Below, one piece after another: positions 41,384 through 53,775 of a stretch of DNA of 64,000 bases (its first letter is position 1; each line of letters begins with the position of its first letter). The position numbers and the translations under genes are program-made. The notes below the pieces were generated by a model. The model searched no databases. It worked only from the letters and a program-made list of their open reading frames with translations, and was not told the origin of the DNA. Origin of the DNA: Octopus vulgaris. Taxonomy: Eukaryota. The stretch covers positions 16,430,001 through 16,494,000 of the forward strand of contig OX597828.1 of the NCBI GenBank assembly GCA_951406725.2. The letters are read 5' to 3'.

Positions 41384-42380
41384 GGCGGCGAGCTGGCAGA
41401 TACGTTAGCACGCCGGGCGAAATGCTTAGCGGTATTTCGTCTGCCGCTACGTTCTGAGTTCAAATTCCACCGAGGTTGACTTTGCCTTTCATTCTTTCGG
41501 GGTCGATAAATTAAGTACCAGTTAGGCACTGGGGTCAATGTAATCGACTTAATCCGTTTGTCTGTACTTGCTTGTCCTCTCTGTGTTTAGCCCCTTGTGG
41601 GTAGTAAAGAAATAAGTATTTTGCCCGTCTTTACGTTCTGAGTTAAAATTCCGCCGAGGTCGACTTTGCCTTTCATTCTTTCGGGGTCGATAAATTAAGT
41701 ACCAGTTAGGCACTGGGGTCAATGTAATCGACTTAATCCGTTTGTCTGTACTTGCTTGTCCTCTCTGTGTTTAGCCCCTTGTGGGTAGTAAAGAAATAAG
41801 TATTTTGCCCGTCTTTACGTTCTGAGTTAAAATTCCGCCGAGGTCGACTTTGCTTTTCATCCTTTCGGGGTCGATTAAATAAGTACCAGTTATGCACTGG
41901 GGTCGATGTAATCGATTTAATCCATTTGTCTGTCCTTGTTTGTCCCCTCTATGTTTAGCCCCTTGTGGGTAATAAAAGAAATAAGAAACGTTAGCACCCT
42001 GGGAAAAATGCTTGGCAGAATTTTTTCCGTCTTTACGCTGAGAGTTCAAATTCTGCCGAAGTCGACTTTGCTTTTTATCGTTTCGGGGTCGATAAAATAA
42101 ATCGTAATTGAGCAGTAGGATCGCTGTAATCAGCTAACACCTTTTCTTAGAAAATTTCAGACCTTGTGCCTACAGTGGAGAGAAAGAATTAGCAGAGTGA
42201 TGAAAGTTTATCGCCCATTTCTTCCATCTTTACATTCAAAGTTAAAATTCCGCCATAGTCGACTTTGCCTTTCATCTTTTCTGGGTCGATAAAATACTTA
42301 CAAGTGGAGCACTGTGGTCGATGTAATCGAGATCCGCCTTCCCCCAAAATTGCTGGTATTGTGCCAAAATTTGAAACCAA
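41384..42380 (+). mobile_element. Tandem multimer of SINE family B
   Basis: One headed copy, then headless repeats at a 184-bp period (aagtacc at 41513, 41697, 41881), then more diverged copies. Confidence 0.9.
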
Positions 42381-42846
42381 TCTTTGGCTATGAAGCATAC
42401 CAAAGATCTGACAACTCTGTGTAGAATTAGACGCATGACTGCTAACACGTGATATGGTATTTTATTGCTAACGAAACCTAATTAAATGTGTCATGAAAAA
42501 TTTTTATTTTTAAAATGCGTGTCGCATATAGGAGGAATTAAAAGGCACTGCATCAGCAAAGAGGGATGAATTGATGAAGGGCCATGAAATGGTGAAGGCG
42601 GTGGATTGGCGATGGGCAGTGACAAATGTATAGGGAGGTGGTTTCAGGAAAGAACGATTGATTGATGAGGGACGGTGGATTGGGATTGATGAAAGGCGGA
42701 GCATTGATAAAGTGCCGTGGATTGGGCGACGGTCGATGAATCGGTGTAAAGTGATGTATTCGCAAAGGATGGTGTTTCTGAGAAGAACAGAGATTTTGTA
42801 AATGGTAGTAAACTGGTAAGAGCAGTGGATTATATATTTAAACATA

Positions 42847-43165
42847 GGCGCAGGCGTAGCCGAGTGGTACGAAGCTTGCTTCCCAGACACATTGTTCTGG
42901 TTTCAGTCCCTCTGCGTGGCAACTTGGGCAAGTGTCGTGGAGTGAAAGCCTCGGGTCGACCAAAGCCTCGTGAGTGTATTTGGTACACGGAAACTGAAAG
43001 AAGCCTGTCGTGTATATATGAATATGTCTATGTGTGTGTGCATCTGTTTTTGTCCCCCATCCCCGCTTGATAATCTCAGGGGAGATCAAAAGCAGTTACG
43101 ACTGAATGCGTGTTGTGAACCGAAAGAACAGTTCGAAATTGATCTCGCTCCCTGCGTCATTTTTT
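42847..43165 (+). mobile_element. SINE A 5' part fused to a short mariner fragment
   Basis: SINE A head at 42847; gatcaaaagcagttacgactgaatgcgtgttgtgaac at ~43084 matches 6691-6730. Confidence 0.75.
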
Positions 43166-43349
43166 TTGTTAATCCAAAATGAAAAATGTCCTTAAAAGAA
43201 AACGTTTTGCGCGCGCTCACACACATACACACACGTGCACATACCCATACGCGCACAGTTATATTCAAATACACGTCTAAAGTACTTACATGCTATATAT
43301 GCATATGCTCACTCACACTCGCGTGGAGCACTCGCATGTACACCCACGT

Positions 43350-43830
43350 ATATAAGGCGTGTGGCTTAATGCTTTGGTTGATGCACTCATAAGCGTGTTT
43401 GCGGACCGGGCAATGCGTTATGTTCTTGAGAACACTTCATTTTTTTCATATTGTTCCAATCTACTCTGCAAGTGAAGTCGCGTGGCTTAGTGGTTAGGAT
43501 ATTGGACTCATGGTCGAAAGACAGTGGTTTCGATTCCTGGACCGAGTGAGGCAGTGTTCTTGAGCAGATCCCTTCATTCCACACTGCTCGAGTCCTCTCA
43601 GCTGGCAAAAACGAGCAGTTCCGCAACGGATTGGCATCCTGTCCAGATGTGGAATTTATACGTCATGGAAATCAGAGAACCGGCCATTATGAGGCGGCAC
43701 GACTAGAAAATATAACCATTCTTTTTTAATCCACCCAGCTGGCAAAAATGAGTAATCTTGCGACGAACCGGCGTCCCGTCCAGGGGCGTGGGTAAATCTG
43801 GAAACCGGTCTTATGAGACTCGGGAAGGCC
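43350..43830 (+). mobile_element. Diverged SINE family D pieces in tandem
   Basis: gcgtggcttagtggttagg..gtttcgattcctggac and cagctggcaaaaa.gag motifs recur. Confidence 0.7.
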
Positions 43831-44315
43831 TTCATTGTTTTTGTTTTCGTTTTTGATATCTCGTGTACTACTGGTAACATAAGGAGAAATACTAAATTAC
43901 AAACGAATTAAGAAACTATGGAAGATCAGCGGTCGTACGACCTTCCTCGATAGTTGAGAAGTGTCGTAATGTTATTGAGAGTATCTAGACACAAATATAT
44001 TATCACAATGTTAATCATACTCCTGAGTATTGATAACGGAAAATAAGTTTTTTTAATGAGTTTTTTTATAAAGAAATTCTTTCCTTTTCTTTTTCTTTAA
44101 TTATTAATTATTTTTTCCCCATTTGATTGTTCGTTTGTTACGGAATGCATTGATGACGGAGGCTGTGCAACACTTGTGCAATTATTGCAGGATGTGTTTG
44201 AAATTTGTATGACTCTCTCTTTCTCCCTCCCTCCCTCTCTCTCTCTGTCTCATTCTTTCTCTCTTTCTCACTGTATGTGTGTGCAAATATGTGTGCGCAC
44301 CTGTTTGACTGCTAT

Positions 44316-44355
<40 letters not shown>

Positions 44356-44508
44356 ATGTGCCAATGCGTGAGTGCACCTGTCTACCTCTTTGCCTCTCTC
44401 TATCTATCTTTCCCTATTCTCTCTGTATGTGTGCAAATGTATGAGCGTACCTGTTTGTCTGTCTGTCTCCTTGTGTGCCTCTCTCTCTATCTCTCCCTTT
44501 CTCCCTCG

Positions 44509-44544
<36 letters not shown>

Positions 44545-44675
44545 GTAAATGCATAGGTGTATACACCTATGCATTTCTTTCTCACTATTTCTCCATGGCT
44601 CACTGCCTTTCTCCTTCACTATCTCTATCCCACGCTAGCTCTCTCTATTCCTCACTGTCTCTCTTTATCCCTCAG

Positions 44676-44727
<52 letters not shown>

Positions 44728-44964
44728 TGAATATATGAGCGAACCTATCTGTCAGGATGCACTCCGTACCTTCTCTCTCTCTTCATTTTCTCTCTCTCTC
44801 TCTCTGTTTAAGAAGTGAACAGATTGTTTTTGAAGTCAGCATCACTCAGACATTTGTGACTATTGATCCTCAACGCTGATATTAGTTGCTTTAGTTTTGT
44901 TGTTTGTTTTGCTTCGGTTTTAGTATTACTCTTTTTTGTTTCCCTGTTTTCTTCACACTCCGTC

Positions 44965-45360
44965 ACACACCCATTCACACACATACACAATTCCACACAC
45001 ATACACAACACACACACACATATACAATTCCACACACATACACAACACACACACACATACACAATTCCACACACACATACACAACACATACACATATACA
45101 ATTCCACACACTCACACAACACACACACACACATACACAATTCCACACACTCACACAACACACACATACACAATCCCACACACATACACAACACACACAC
45201 ATATACCCTATTCCACATACAGATACACAATCCCACACACACATACACAACACACACACATATACCCTATTCCACATACAGATACACAATACACAGACGC
45301 ATACACAATTTCACACACATACCCAACACACACTCACACACACATACACAACACACACAT
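44965..45360. repeat. CA-derived minisatellite (~33-37 bp unit cacatacacaattccacacacatacacaacacaca)
   Basis: Recurrent attccac/atcccac punctuation within (CA)n. Confidence 0.85.
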
Positions 45361-45845
45361 GCTGTCACTCTCTCCCTCTCCCTTTCTCTCTCTGTCTCTC
45401 TCTTTCTACCTCTGCCACCGTTACTCGCTTTCTCTCACCGTCGCTCTGTCTCTCCCCCCCCACCCGTCCCTACGCGTTACCTTTACATTAAGGTGTTAAC
45501 TATTAATTACGGAAATTGAACAGATATCCAAGTGGAGGAGAAACATAATTGCTCAGGAGTTTGTCTTTAATTACGGAACAACACAACTCGCTGGCATTCC
45601 CAAAGACGTCAGTTCAGTTGGTCGATTGAAGTTACGTTAGAAAAGATGGCGAAATCAAAGTGACACATCCTCCACTCCATCAGAGTGCGTCCTCACTTCA
45701 GACCACGTGATGGAACGACGTTTCTCTTACAGTCATAGTCACGAGAAAAAGACGAAGAAAAAAAATACAGATATAATGTCAGATTCAAGATTATGCAAGC
45801 AATATTACTCACCCACACACTCGCTTGCTCATACATAAGCACAAT

Positions 45846-45876
<31 letters not shown>

Positions 45877-46045
45877 TAAATACACACATGTACACCCACA
45901 AACACGCTCTCTCTTCATTTCTCTCTCGGTCTCTGTCTATATCTATCTATCTGTCTGTATGTCTGTCCATCCATCCATCCATCCATCCATCCATCCATCC
46001 ATCCGTCCGTCCGTCCGTTCGCCTGTCTGCTTGGCTGTCTCTTTG

Positions 46046-46093
<48 letters not shown>

Positions 46094-46145
46094 CCTACCT
46101 ACCTACCTACCTACCTACCTACCTACCTATCTATCTGTCCGTCTG

Positions 46146-46185
<40 letters not shown>

Positions 46186-46203
46186 GCTATCTATCTATCT
46201 ATA

Positions 46204-46239
<36 letters not shown>

Positions 46240-46614
46240 CCTCAAAATATTTATCCACAGATTCTCCTTTGAAATATCAACGACGTTGGAGGAACAGTGT
46301 CTGTACGTATGGATCACTTTTCACGAACGAAGATCGACATTAAGTTAGTTATCTTATCAGCTCTCGGAATAAATACCTCCTGGATTGGACGAAAGCCAAT
46401 CCAAAAGAAAATCCTCCACATATACTTAATCCACAGGTAAATCTTCCATATACACTTAATCTCTGCACAACCAACAAAACAGCCTCTACATGGATAGATT
46501 TACCGAAAGCAGTGGCCAAATCTCTCACAACTAACAGCATATACTCTTAAGGTGAAAGGCCATGTCAAATAGAAAGCAGTTGATCAGGAGAGTGATAGAG
46601 TACCTGGATAAAAG

Positions 46615-46938
46615 AGTAGGCGCGTGGCTTGGTGGTAAGGGTATTCAGCACAATATCGTAAGGTCGTGTGTTCGATTCCTGGCGGCGCGTTGTATCCTTG
46701 AGCAAGACATTTTATTTCACGTTGTTCCAGTTCATTCAGAAGGTAAAAATGTGTAGTACCTGTATTTCAAAGGGCCAGCCTTGTCACGTTCTGCGTCACG
46801 CTGAATTTTTCTTGAGAACTATGCTAAGGGTTTGCATGTCTGTGGAGAACTCAGCCGATTGCAGTTTAATTTCACGAGCAGGTTGTTCCGTTGACCGGTT
46901 TAACTGCAACCCTCGTCGTCGTAACGACGGAGTGCCAG
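46615..46938 (+). mobile_element. SINE with D-like head and C-like 3' body
   Basis: ggcgcgtggcttggtggtaagg head, then cctgtatttcaaagggccagccttgtcac..ccctcgtcgtcgtaac. Confidence 0.8.
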
Positions 46939-47090
46939 TTTTATCACGACCGGAGTGGCTTTGATCCTTAATTCTGCACGAACTGGGTCAAAAGAAGAGT
47001 AGGGGGTCAATGATGGGCGGATGAATACGAACTAATAACGTATCGAGTAGGAGCATTTTTTCCGAAGCCCCTACATTTCTGCTGCTGCTG

Positions 47091-47122
<32 letters not shown>

Positions 47123-47200
47123 GCTACTGCTACTGCTACCACCACCACCACCACCACCACCAACACCACCAATAATAATAATGATAATAATAATAATAAT

Positions 47201-47606
47201 GACCTTAAATAGTTGAGCATGTCCCTTAGTGGCTGGCGATATGTGTATCTCTGATCACGAGCAGAAATAGTGGGGGAGCATCATAGCCATGTGTTGAGAG
47301 GGATTCTTTGGGGTTTGAATAATTCACATCTGGAAACATAGGTGTTTCGTTCAACATCCTTAAACAACTCTTATTCAGGGATCTTTTGGACGGGATGGGT
47401 TACTTGACCAGAAGAAAATTCTAACTGGGCCCCACCTGCAAGGTCATGTGCTGTTTATCTTGATATGAGATCACCACGTCGTGCACATATAGTTGTGATG
47501 CATGTGCCTAGTGTACCCTTATCAGACGGGTAGTCATGATGGGTATACTGGGCTTCGTATATTTTACCCCAGTGTCACTTTGATGGCATGCACTACTCTC
47601 TCACTC

Positions 47607-47607
<1 letters not shown>
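47201..47607 (+). mobile_element. Interspersed repeat inserted within (AAT)n (R4/Dong-like 3' fragment?)
   Basis: Flanked on both sides by (AAT)n and homologous to 1-27. Confidence 0.55.
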
Positions 47608-47658
<51 letters not shown>

Positions 47659-47944
47659 GTTTCAAATTTTGGCGCAAGGCCAGCAATTTCGGGAGTGGGA
47701 GTTTGTCTATTAGTTCGACCCACACTTAGTATTTCACTGGTATTTATTTTATCGTCCCTAAAAGGGCGAAAAGTGAAGTCGACCTCGGCAGAATTTGAAC
47801 ACTGATGGTAAAGGCGGAAGAAAATGCCGCGATGCGTTTTATCCAGTGTGTGCTAACTATCTTGTCAGTTTAATAACTAAATAAGAGAATTGATCGTATT
47901 TGTCTGGTCATTCAGTGCTAAGACTCTGCAAGCTTCCGGTGTAT

Positions 47945-48615
47945 ATAACATGACAATGACTGCGACGATGATGATGACGATAATGGCGATAATAATGATG
48001 ATGACAATGAGGACGACAATGAGAAATATGTCGGCGGTGATGACAACGATGATAGCGAGGATGCTAATGGTGACGCGGATGGTGTTGACAATTCACCACT
48101 GTTGCTAAAGATGGCGACGACGACGACGGCGTCGATGCTGCTGCTGCTGCTGTTGATGATGATAACGATGATAACGACGATGATGATGCTGATGATGGTG
48201 ACGACGATGGTGGTGATGATGTTGATGATGATGATGGTGGTGGTAGTGGTGGTGGTATTGATGATGATGGTGGTGATGATGAGAAAGAGGAGAAGGAGGT
48301 GAATTTGCGACAACGATGACGATGCCGATAATGATGATGATGATGATGATGATGATGAGGAGGAGGAGGAGGAGGAGGAGAATGATGACGGACGACGATG
48401 ATGATGTTGAAGATGATGATGATGATGATGACGATGATATTGACGACGACGATGGTGATGATGATGATGATGATAAGGAGGAGGAGGGGGAGAAGGATGG
48501 TCGACGGTGACGATGATGATGAGGATGATGATTATGATCATGATGATGAGATGATACTGACGACGACGGTGGTGATGGGGATCATGATGATGATGATGAT
48601 GATGATGACAGCTAT
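47945..48615. repeat. Cryptic (GAT/GAC/GGT/GAG)n trinucleotide field
   Basis: Directly visible. Confidence 0.9.
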
Positions 48616-48871
48616 GACAGTACAAAAGCGAATTCATGCTGGTGTGAAAAATCAGTCAATATCGATGAATATTTAGAAATATAAAAGTAGACACATGATC
48701 AAAGGCATTTCAACTGTCACATGACCTTTTTTGTATCTAAGACTACGTAATCGGGCGTGTTCTCTCTCTTGTTGCGTCATGGAGGATTGGCTACTGTTTC
48801 TTGCAAAATAGTAGACCTTGCAAAAGTCCTCTACTCCATTGCATGTTGTTGATACTATTGTTGTTGTCAGA

Positions 48872-49480
48872 GTGGCGAACTGGCAGAATCGTAAGCACGC
48901 CGGGCAAAATGCTTAGCGGTATTTCGTCTGCCGTTACGTTCTGAGTTCAAATTCCGCTGAGGTCGACTTTGCCTTTCATCCTTTCGGGATCGATTAAATA
49001 GGTACCAGCTACGCACTGGGGGGTCGATATAATCGACTTAATCCGTTTGTCTGTACTTGTTTGTCCTCTCTGTGTTTAGCGCCTTGTGGGTAGTAAAGAA
49101 ATAGATATTTCACCCGTCGTTACGTTCTGAGTTCAAATTCTGCCGAGATCGACTTTGCCTTTCATCCTTTCGAGGTCGATAAATTAAGTACCAGTTACGC
49201 ACTGGGGTCGATGTAATTGACTTAACCCCATTGTCTGTCCTTGCTGTCCCCTCTATGTTTAGCAATAAAGAAAGAAGAAACGTTAGCACGCCGGACAAAA
49301 TGCTTAGCGGCATTTCGTCTGTCTGTTAGAGTATTTCGGGTTCAAATTTCACCGAGGTCGACTTTGCCTTTCATCCATTCGGGGTCAATAAATTTAGTAC
49401 CAGTTGAGCACTGGAGTCGATGTAATCGTTGCCCGCCCTCCTCCGATATTTCTGGCTTTGTGCCAAAATTTGAAACCGAT
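48872..49480 (+). mobile_element. Tandem multimer of SINE family B
   Basis: A headed copy followed by a headless copy ~186 bp later, then a third copy. Confidence 0.9.
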
Positions 49481-49954
49481 ATTATTGTTATTGCTATGTA
49501 ACCAAAGGATAGTCATGGGTGAGGAAATTTATGATCAAAGATCACATCACAGTCATCTTATTCTTTTACTAGACAATGTTCATTAAAGTCTACATAGTCC
49601 AGTATTCCTTTTCCGTTTCAGATAGTAATGTGTGTTTTAAGAGACATTTGACTCCTATTTCTTGTAGATCGAATGAGCGTGGAGGGGCCACGTCATTGAT
49701 GTATTAATACTGTTGTTAAAGAAAAAAAGGAATATGTTATACAGTGTGACCTTTTCGAAGACAGTGGCAAGTTCAGTTGCCACGTATAAGGCTCCCTCAT
49801 TCGCTCGCATTGTTGATGTTGATTGTGGCTATTTAATTGCGGACTGGATGTGGGTATCTCAGTTCTTGCATCTCTGTAGAACAGTGGCTTCTTGTGAAAT
49901 ATAGTAAGAGTAACATCTTGGCCAAGGCAGGACCAGGTCATCTCCTCAGTTTAG

Positions 49955-50091
<137 letters not shown>

Positions 50092-50661
50092 GTATATATG
50101 TATAACTTAGTTATTTCTTTAAATTGATATTCGCTAGTTACTCCCATTGATAATTATATTTATAGTATTTATAGTATTTATTCGATACTATATTACTACG
50201 AATTGATTATTTCTATAAGTATTTTACATAAGATTTCCGAAAGTTCGTTTAAGTTTGTTTATTTGTATTTTGAAATTAGCTATTTCATCTTTAAATATGA
50301 AAAATTAATTTATTAGGTTTTTATTATATGTGCATATATATTTATTTATAGAGATTATTTTAGATCATAATATTTATATACATTTATATATTTTCATTGA
50401 TAATTTATATATATTAGTCATTTTTAAATATTTATGTAATTAGATATAGACTAATGCCGATATTAGATTATTGGTGGGTTTCCTACCTTATAAATTAAAA
50501 TTAATATTTAATATTATAGTCGATTTTGATATAATCATAATTGTTAAGTTTTATGTTTCTAGTTTGATAATAGAGTTTATTATAAGTAAAATTATTATAT
50601 TATTTATATCTTAAAAATATTGTTTAAATATTTCTGATTATATTTTAGATATTCAATTAAC

Positions 50662-50724
50662 CTGAAGATTGACTGTAACCATAACTCGATTTATTACGAA
50701 TTGTACAGCCATGAAACGATCGTA
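50662..50724 (+). ncRNA. Type I hammerhead motif in an AT-rich, TA-flanked insert (50100-50960)
   Basis: ac-CTGAAGA-t-tgactgta...tacagcca-t-GAAA-cgatc-GTA-gt: extended stem II, palindromic ACGATCGT stem III, short stem I. Confidence 0.65.
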
Positions 50725-50955
50725 GTGTTTTACTCTTTATCTTTTATTAAACTTTTAATACTTTTAATATATATTTAAAATAATATAAATTAATTAATTT
50801 TATGTATTGGCTTATGTTTTTCATTGTTTGATTTGCCTAATAGTGGTTTTATCTCTAATTTAATATAATATAATATAATATATTTATACTATAAAATTAG
50901 ATTTAATCCTAAATCTGATTTTTCCCTGTAAGTTTGGATTTATTCCCTAATATTT

Positions 50956-50994
<39 letters not shown>

Positions 50995-51007
50995 TATAGA
51001 TATATAT

Positions 51008-51294
51008 TTACTCTATTACTCTTTTACTTGTTTCAGTCATTTGACTAGGGTCATGCTGGAGCACCGCCTTTAGTCGAGCAAATCGACCCAAGGACTTATT
51101 TTTTGTAAACCTAGTACTTATTCAATCAGTCACTTTTGCCGAACCGCTAGGTTACGGGGACGTAAACACACCAGCATCGGTTGTCAAGCGATGTTGAGGG
51201 GGACAAACACAGACACACAAACATATACACACAAACATATACACACTCATACATACATAATACATACATACATACACACATGCATACATACATT

Positions 51295-51381
<87 letters not shown>

Positions 51382-51541
51382 GACAGGCTTCTTTCAGTTT
51401 CCGTCTACCAAATCCACTCACAAGGCTTCAGTCGGCCCGAGTCTATATTAGAAAACACTAGCCAAAGGTGCCACGTAGTAGGACTGAACCAGGAACCATG
51501 TGGTTGGTAAGCAAGTTACTTACCCCACAGCCACTTCTACG

Positions 51542-51543
<2 letters not shown>
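51008..51543 (-). mobile_element. SINE family A, full length
   Basis: Head and tail motifs as in the other copies. Confidence 0.9.
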
Positions 51544-51606
<63 letters not shown>

Positions 51607-51828
51607 TCAATATAGGGTGGCAAAAAAAATTTTGTAGAATTCTTTTGCCACCAGCGGCCTAGTAGGAAAAAATTAAAATAGTCATAGACCATTTTTAAGT
51701 TCAACATCAACAATAAAGGAACGGCCATAATAGGCCATTCACCTACTAGAAATAACAGCCAAAGCTTCAACCGCAAATAAAAGTTAATTCAGTAAACCAG
51801 GAGAAAATTTAAAAACATTTACCCTGTA

Positions 51829-51935
51829 ATTTCTTATACGATATACCGTTTCATCTGCTGATTAATGGTAAACTAACCTGATTAAATTAAATCAAGCCAA
51901 TCTTCCACAGGCCCTCAGATTCCTCAGTAAGAAAT
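51829..51935 (-). ncRNA. Type I hammerhead ribozyme (inverted unit)
   Basis: Reverse complement of 52193-52299. Confidence 0.85.
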
Positions 51936-52192
51936 AGCCCAAGACGGAACAGATATTTTCACGAGGCATTTTCGACGTTGCCAAGTTTATATCTGACCTA
52001 AAATTTTCAAATCGTCGCACTCGCGCCAAATTTATCGGCAGCAAATAAATATAAGCCGTCGATTCCATTACGGAACTAACCAGAAAATTCATAATTATTC
52101 AATATAGGGTGGCAGATTTGAAAATTTTAGGTCAGATATAAACTTGGCAACGTCGAAAATGCCTCGTGAAAATATCTGTTCCGTCTTGGGCT

Positions 52193-52299
52193 ATTTCTTA
52201 CTGAGGAATCTGAGGGCCTGTGGAAGATTGGCTTGATTTAATTTAATCAGGTTAGTTTACCATTAATCAGCAGATGAAACGGTATATCGTATAAGAAAT
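52193..52299 (+). ncRNA. Type I hammerhead ribozyme
   Basis: atttctta-CTGAGGA-atctg-[58 nt]-cagat-GAAA-cggtatatc-GTA-taagaaat: 8-bp stem I, 5-bp stem II base, self-complementary ACGGTATATCGT stem III. Predicted cleavage after A52291. Confidence 0.88.
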
Positions 52300-52684
52300 T
52301 ACAGGGTAAATGTTTTTAAATTTTCTCCTGGTTTACTGAATTAACTTTTATTTGCGGTTGAAGCTTTGGCTGTTATTTCTAGTAGGTGAATGGCCTATTA
52401 TGGCCGTTCCTTTATTGTTGATGTTGAACTTAAAAATGGTCTATGACTATTTTAATTTTTTCCTACTAGGCCGCTGGTGGCAAAAGAATTCTACAAAATT
52501 TTTTTTGCCACCCTATATTGAATAATTATGAATTTTCTGGTTAGTTCCGTAATGGAATCGACGGCTTATATTTATTTGCTGCCGATAAATTTGGCGCGAG
52601 TGCGACGATTTGAAAATTTTAGGTCAGATATAAACTTGGCAACGTCGAAAATGCCTCGTGAAAATATCTGTTCCGTCTTGGGCT

Positions 52685-52791
52685 ATTTCTTACTGAGGAA
52701 TCTGAGGGCCTGTGGAAGATTGGCTTGATTTAATTTAATCAGGTTAGTTTACCATTAATCAGCAGATGAAACGGTATATCGTATAAGAAAT
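52685..52791 (+). ncRNA. Type I hammerhead ribozyme
   Basis: Identical copy, +492. Confidence 0.88.
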
Positions 52792-53176
52792 TACAGGGTA
52801 AATGTTTTTAAATTTTCTCCTGGTTTACTGAATTAACTTTTATTTGCGGTTGAAGCTTTGGCTGTTATTTCTAGTAGGTGAATGGCCTATTATGGCCGTT
52901 CCTTTATTGTTGATGTTGAACATAAAAATGGTCTATGACTATTTTAATTTTTTCCTACTAGGCCGCTGGTGGCAAAAGAATTCTACAAAATTTTTTTTGC
53001 CACCCTATATTGAATAATTATGAATTTTCTGGTTAGTTCCGTAATGGAATCGACGGCTTATATTTATTTGCTGCCGATAAATTTGGCGCGAGTGCGACGA
53101 TTTGAAAATTTTAGGTCAGATATAAACTTGGCAACGTCGAAAATGCCTCGTGATAATATCTGTTCCGTCTTGGGCT

Positions 53177-53283
53177 ATTTCTTACTGAGGAATCTGAGGG
53201 CCTGTGGAAGATTGGCTTGATTTAATTTAATCAGGTTAGTTTACCATTAATCAGCAGATGAAACGGTATATCGTATAAGAAAT
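53177..53283 (+). ncRNA. Type I hammerhead ribozyme
   Basis: Identical copy, +984. Confidence 0.88.
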
Positions 53284-53668
53284 TACAGGGTAAATGTTTT
53301 TAAATTTTCTCCTGGTTTACTGAATTAACTTTTATTTGCGGTTGAAGCTTTGGCTGTTATTTCTAGTAGGTGAATGGCCTATTATGGCCGTTCCTTTATT
53401 GTTGATGTTGAACATAAAAATGGTCTATGACTATTTTAATTTTTTCCTACTAGGCCGCTGGTGGCAAAAGAATTCTACAAAATTTTTTTTGCCACCCTAT
53501 ATTGAATAATTATGAATTTTCTGGTTAGTTCCGTAATGGAATCGACGGCTTATATTTATTTGCTGCCGATAAATTTGGCGCGAGTGCGACGATTTGAAAA
53601 TTTTAGGTCAGATATAAACTTGGCAACGTCGAAAATGCCTCGTGATAATATCTGTTCCGTCTTGGGCT

Positions 53669-53775
53669 ATTTCTTACTGAGGAATCTGAGGGCCTGTGGA
53701 AGATTGGCTTGATTTAATTTAATCAGGTTAGTTTACCATTAATCAGCAGATGAAACGGTATATCGTATAAGAAAT
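53669..53775 (+). ncRNA. Type I hammerhead ribozyme
   Basis: Identical copy, +1476. Confidence 0.88.

Noticed and set aside
42530-42800. Purine-rich stretch with recurring gtggattgg/attgatga and a 126-aa minus-strand ORF
   Set aside because: It looks like a decayed short tandem repeat, with no clear period, protein motif or structure.
48316-48560. Acidic D/E-rich coding exon
   Set aside because: This is a degenerate (GAT/GAG)n microsatellite with frame breaks and no splice or domain evidence.
51610-51630. tatagggtggca as a Tc1/mariner TIR
   Set aside because: It is internal to every unit and part of a hairpin, and the right end of the array has no matching terminus.
51820-51835. miR-10-like seed (taccctgta)
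   Set aside because: The match stops after 9 nt, lies inside the repeat unit, and there is no miR-10 hairpin.
52528-52728. 66-aa ORF repeated in each 492-bp unit (MNFLVSSVMES...)
   Set aside because: It recurs only because the DNA is repeated, has no recognisable motif and overlaps the ribozyme. The unit length is divisible by 3, but this frame has a stop, so endless rolling-circle translation is not supported.
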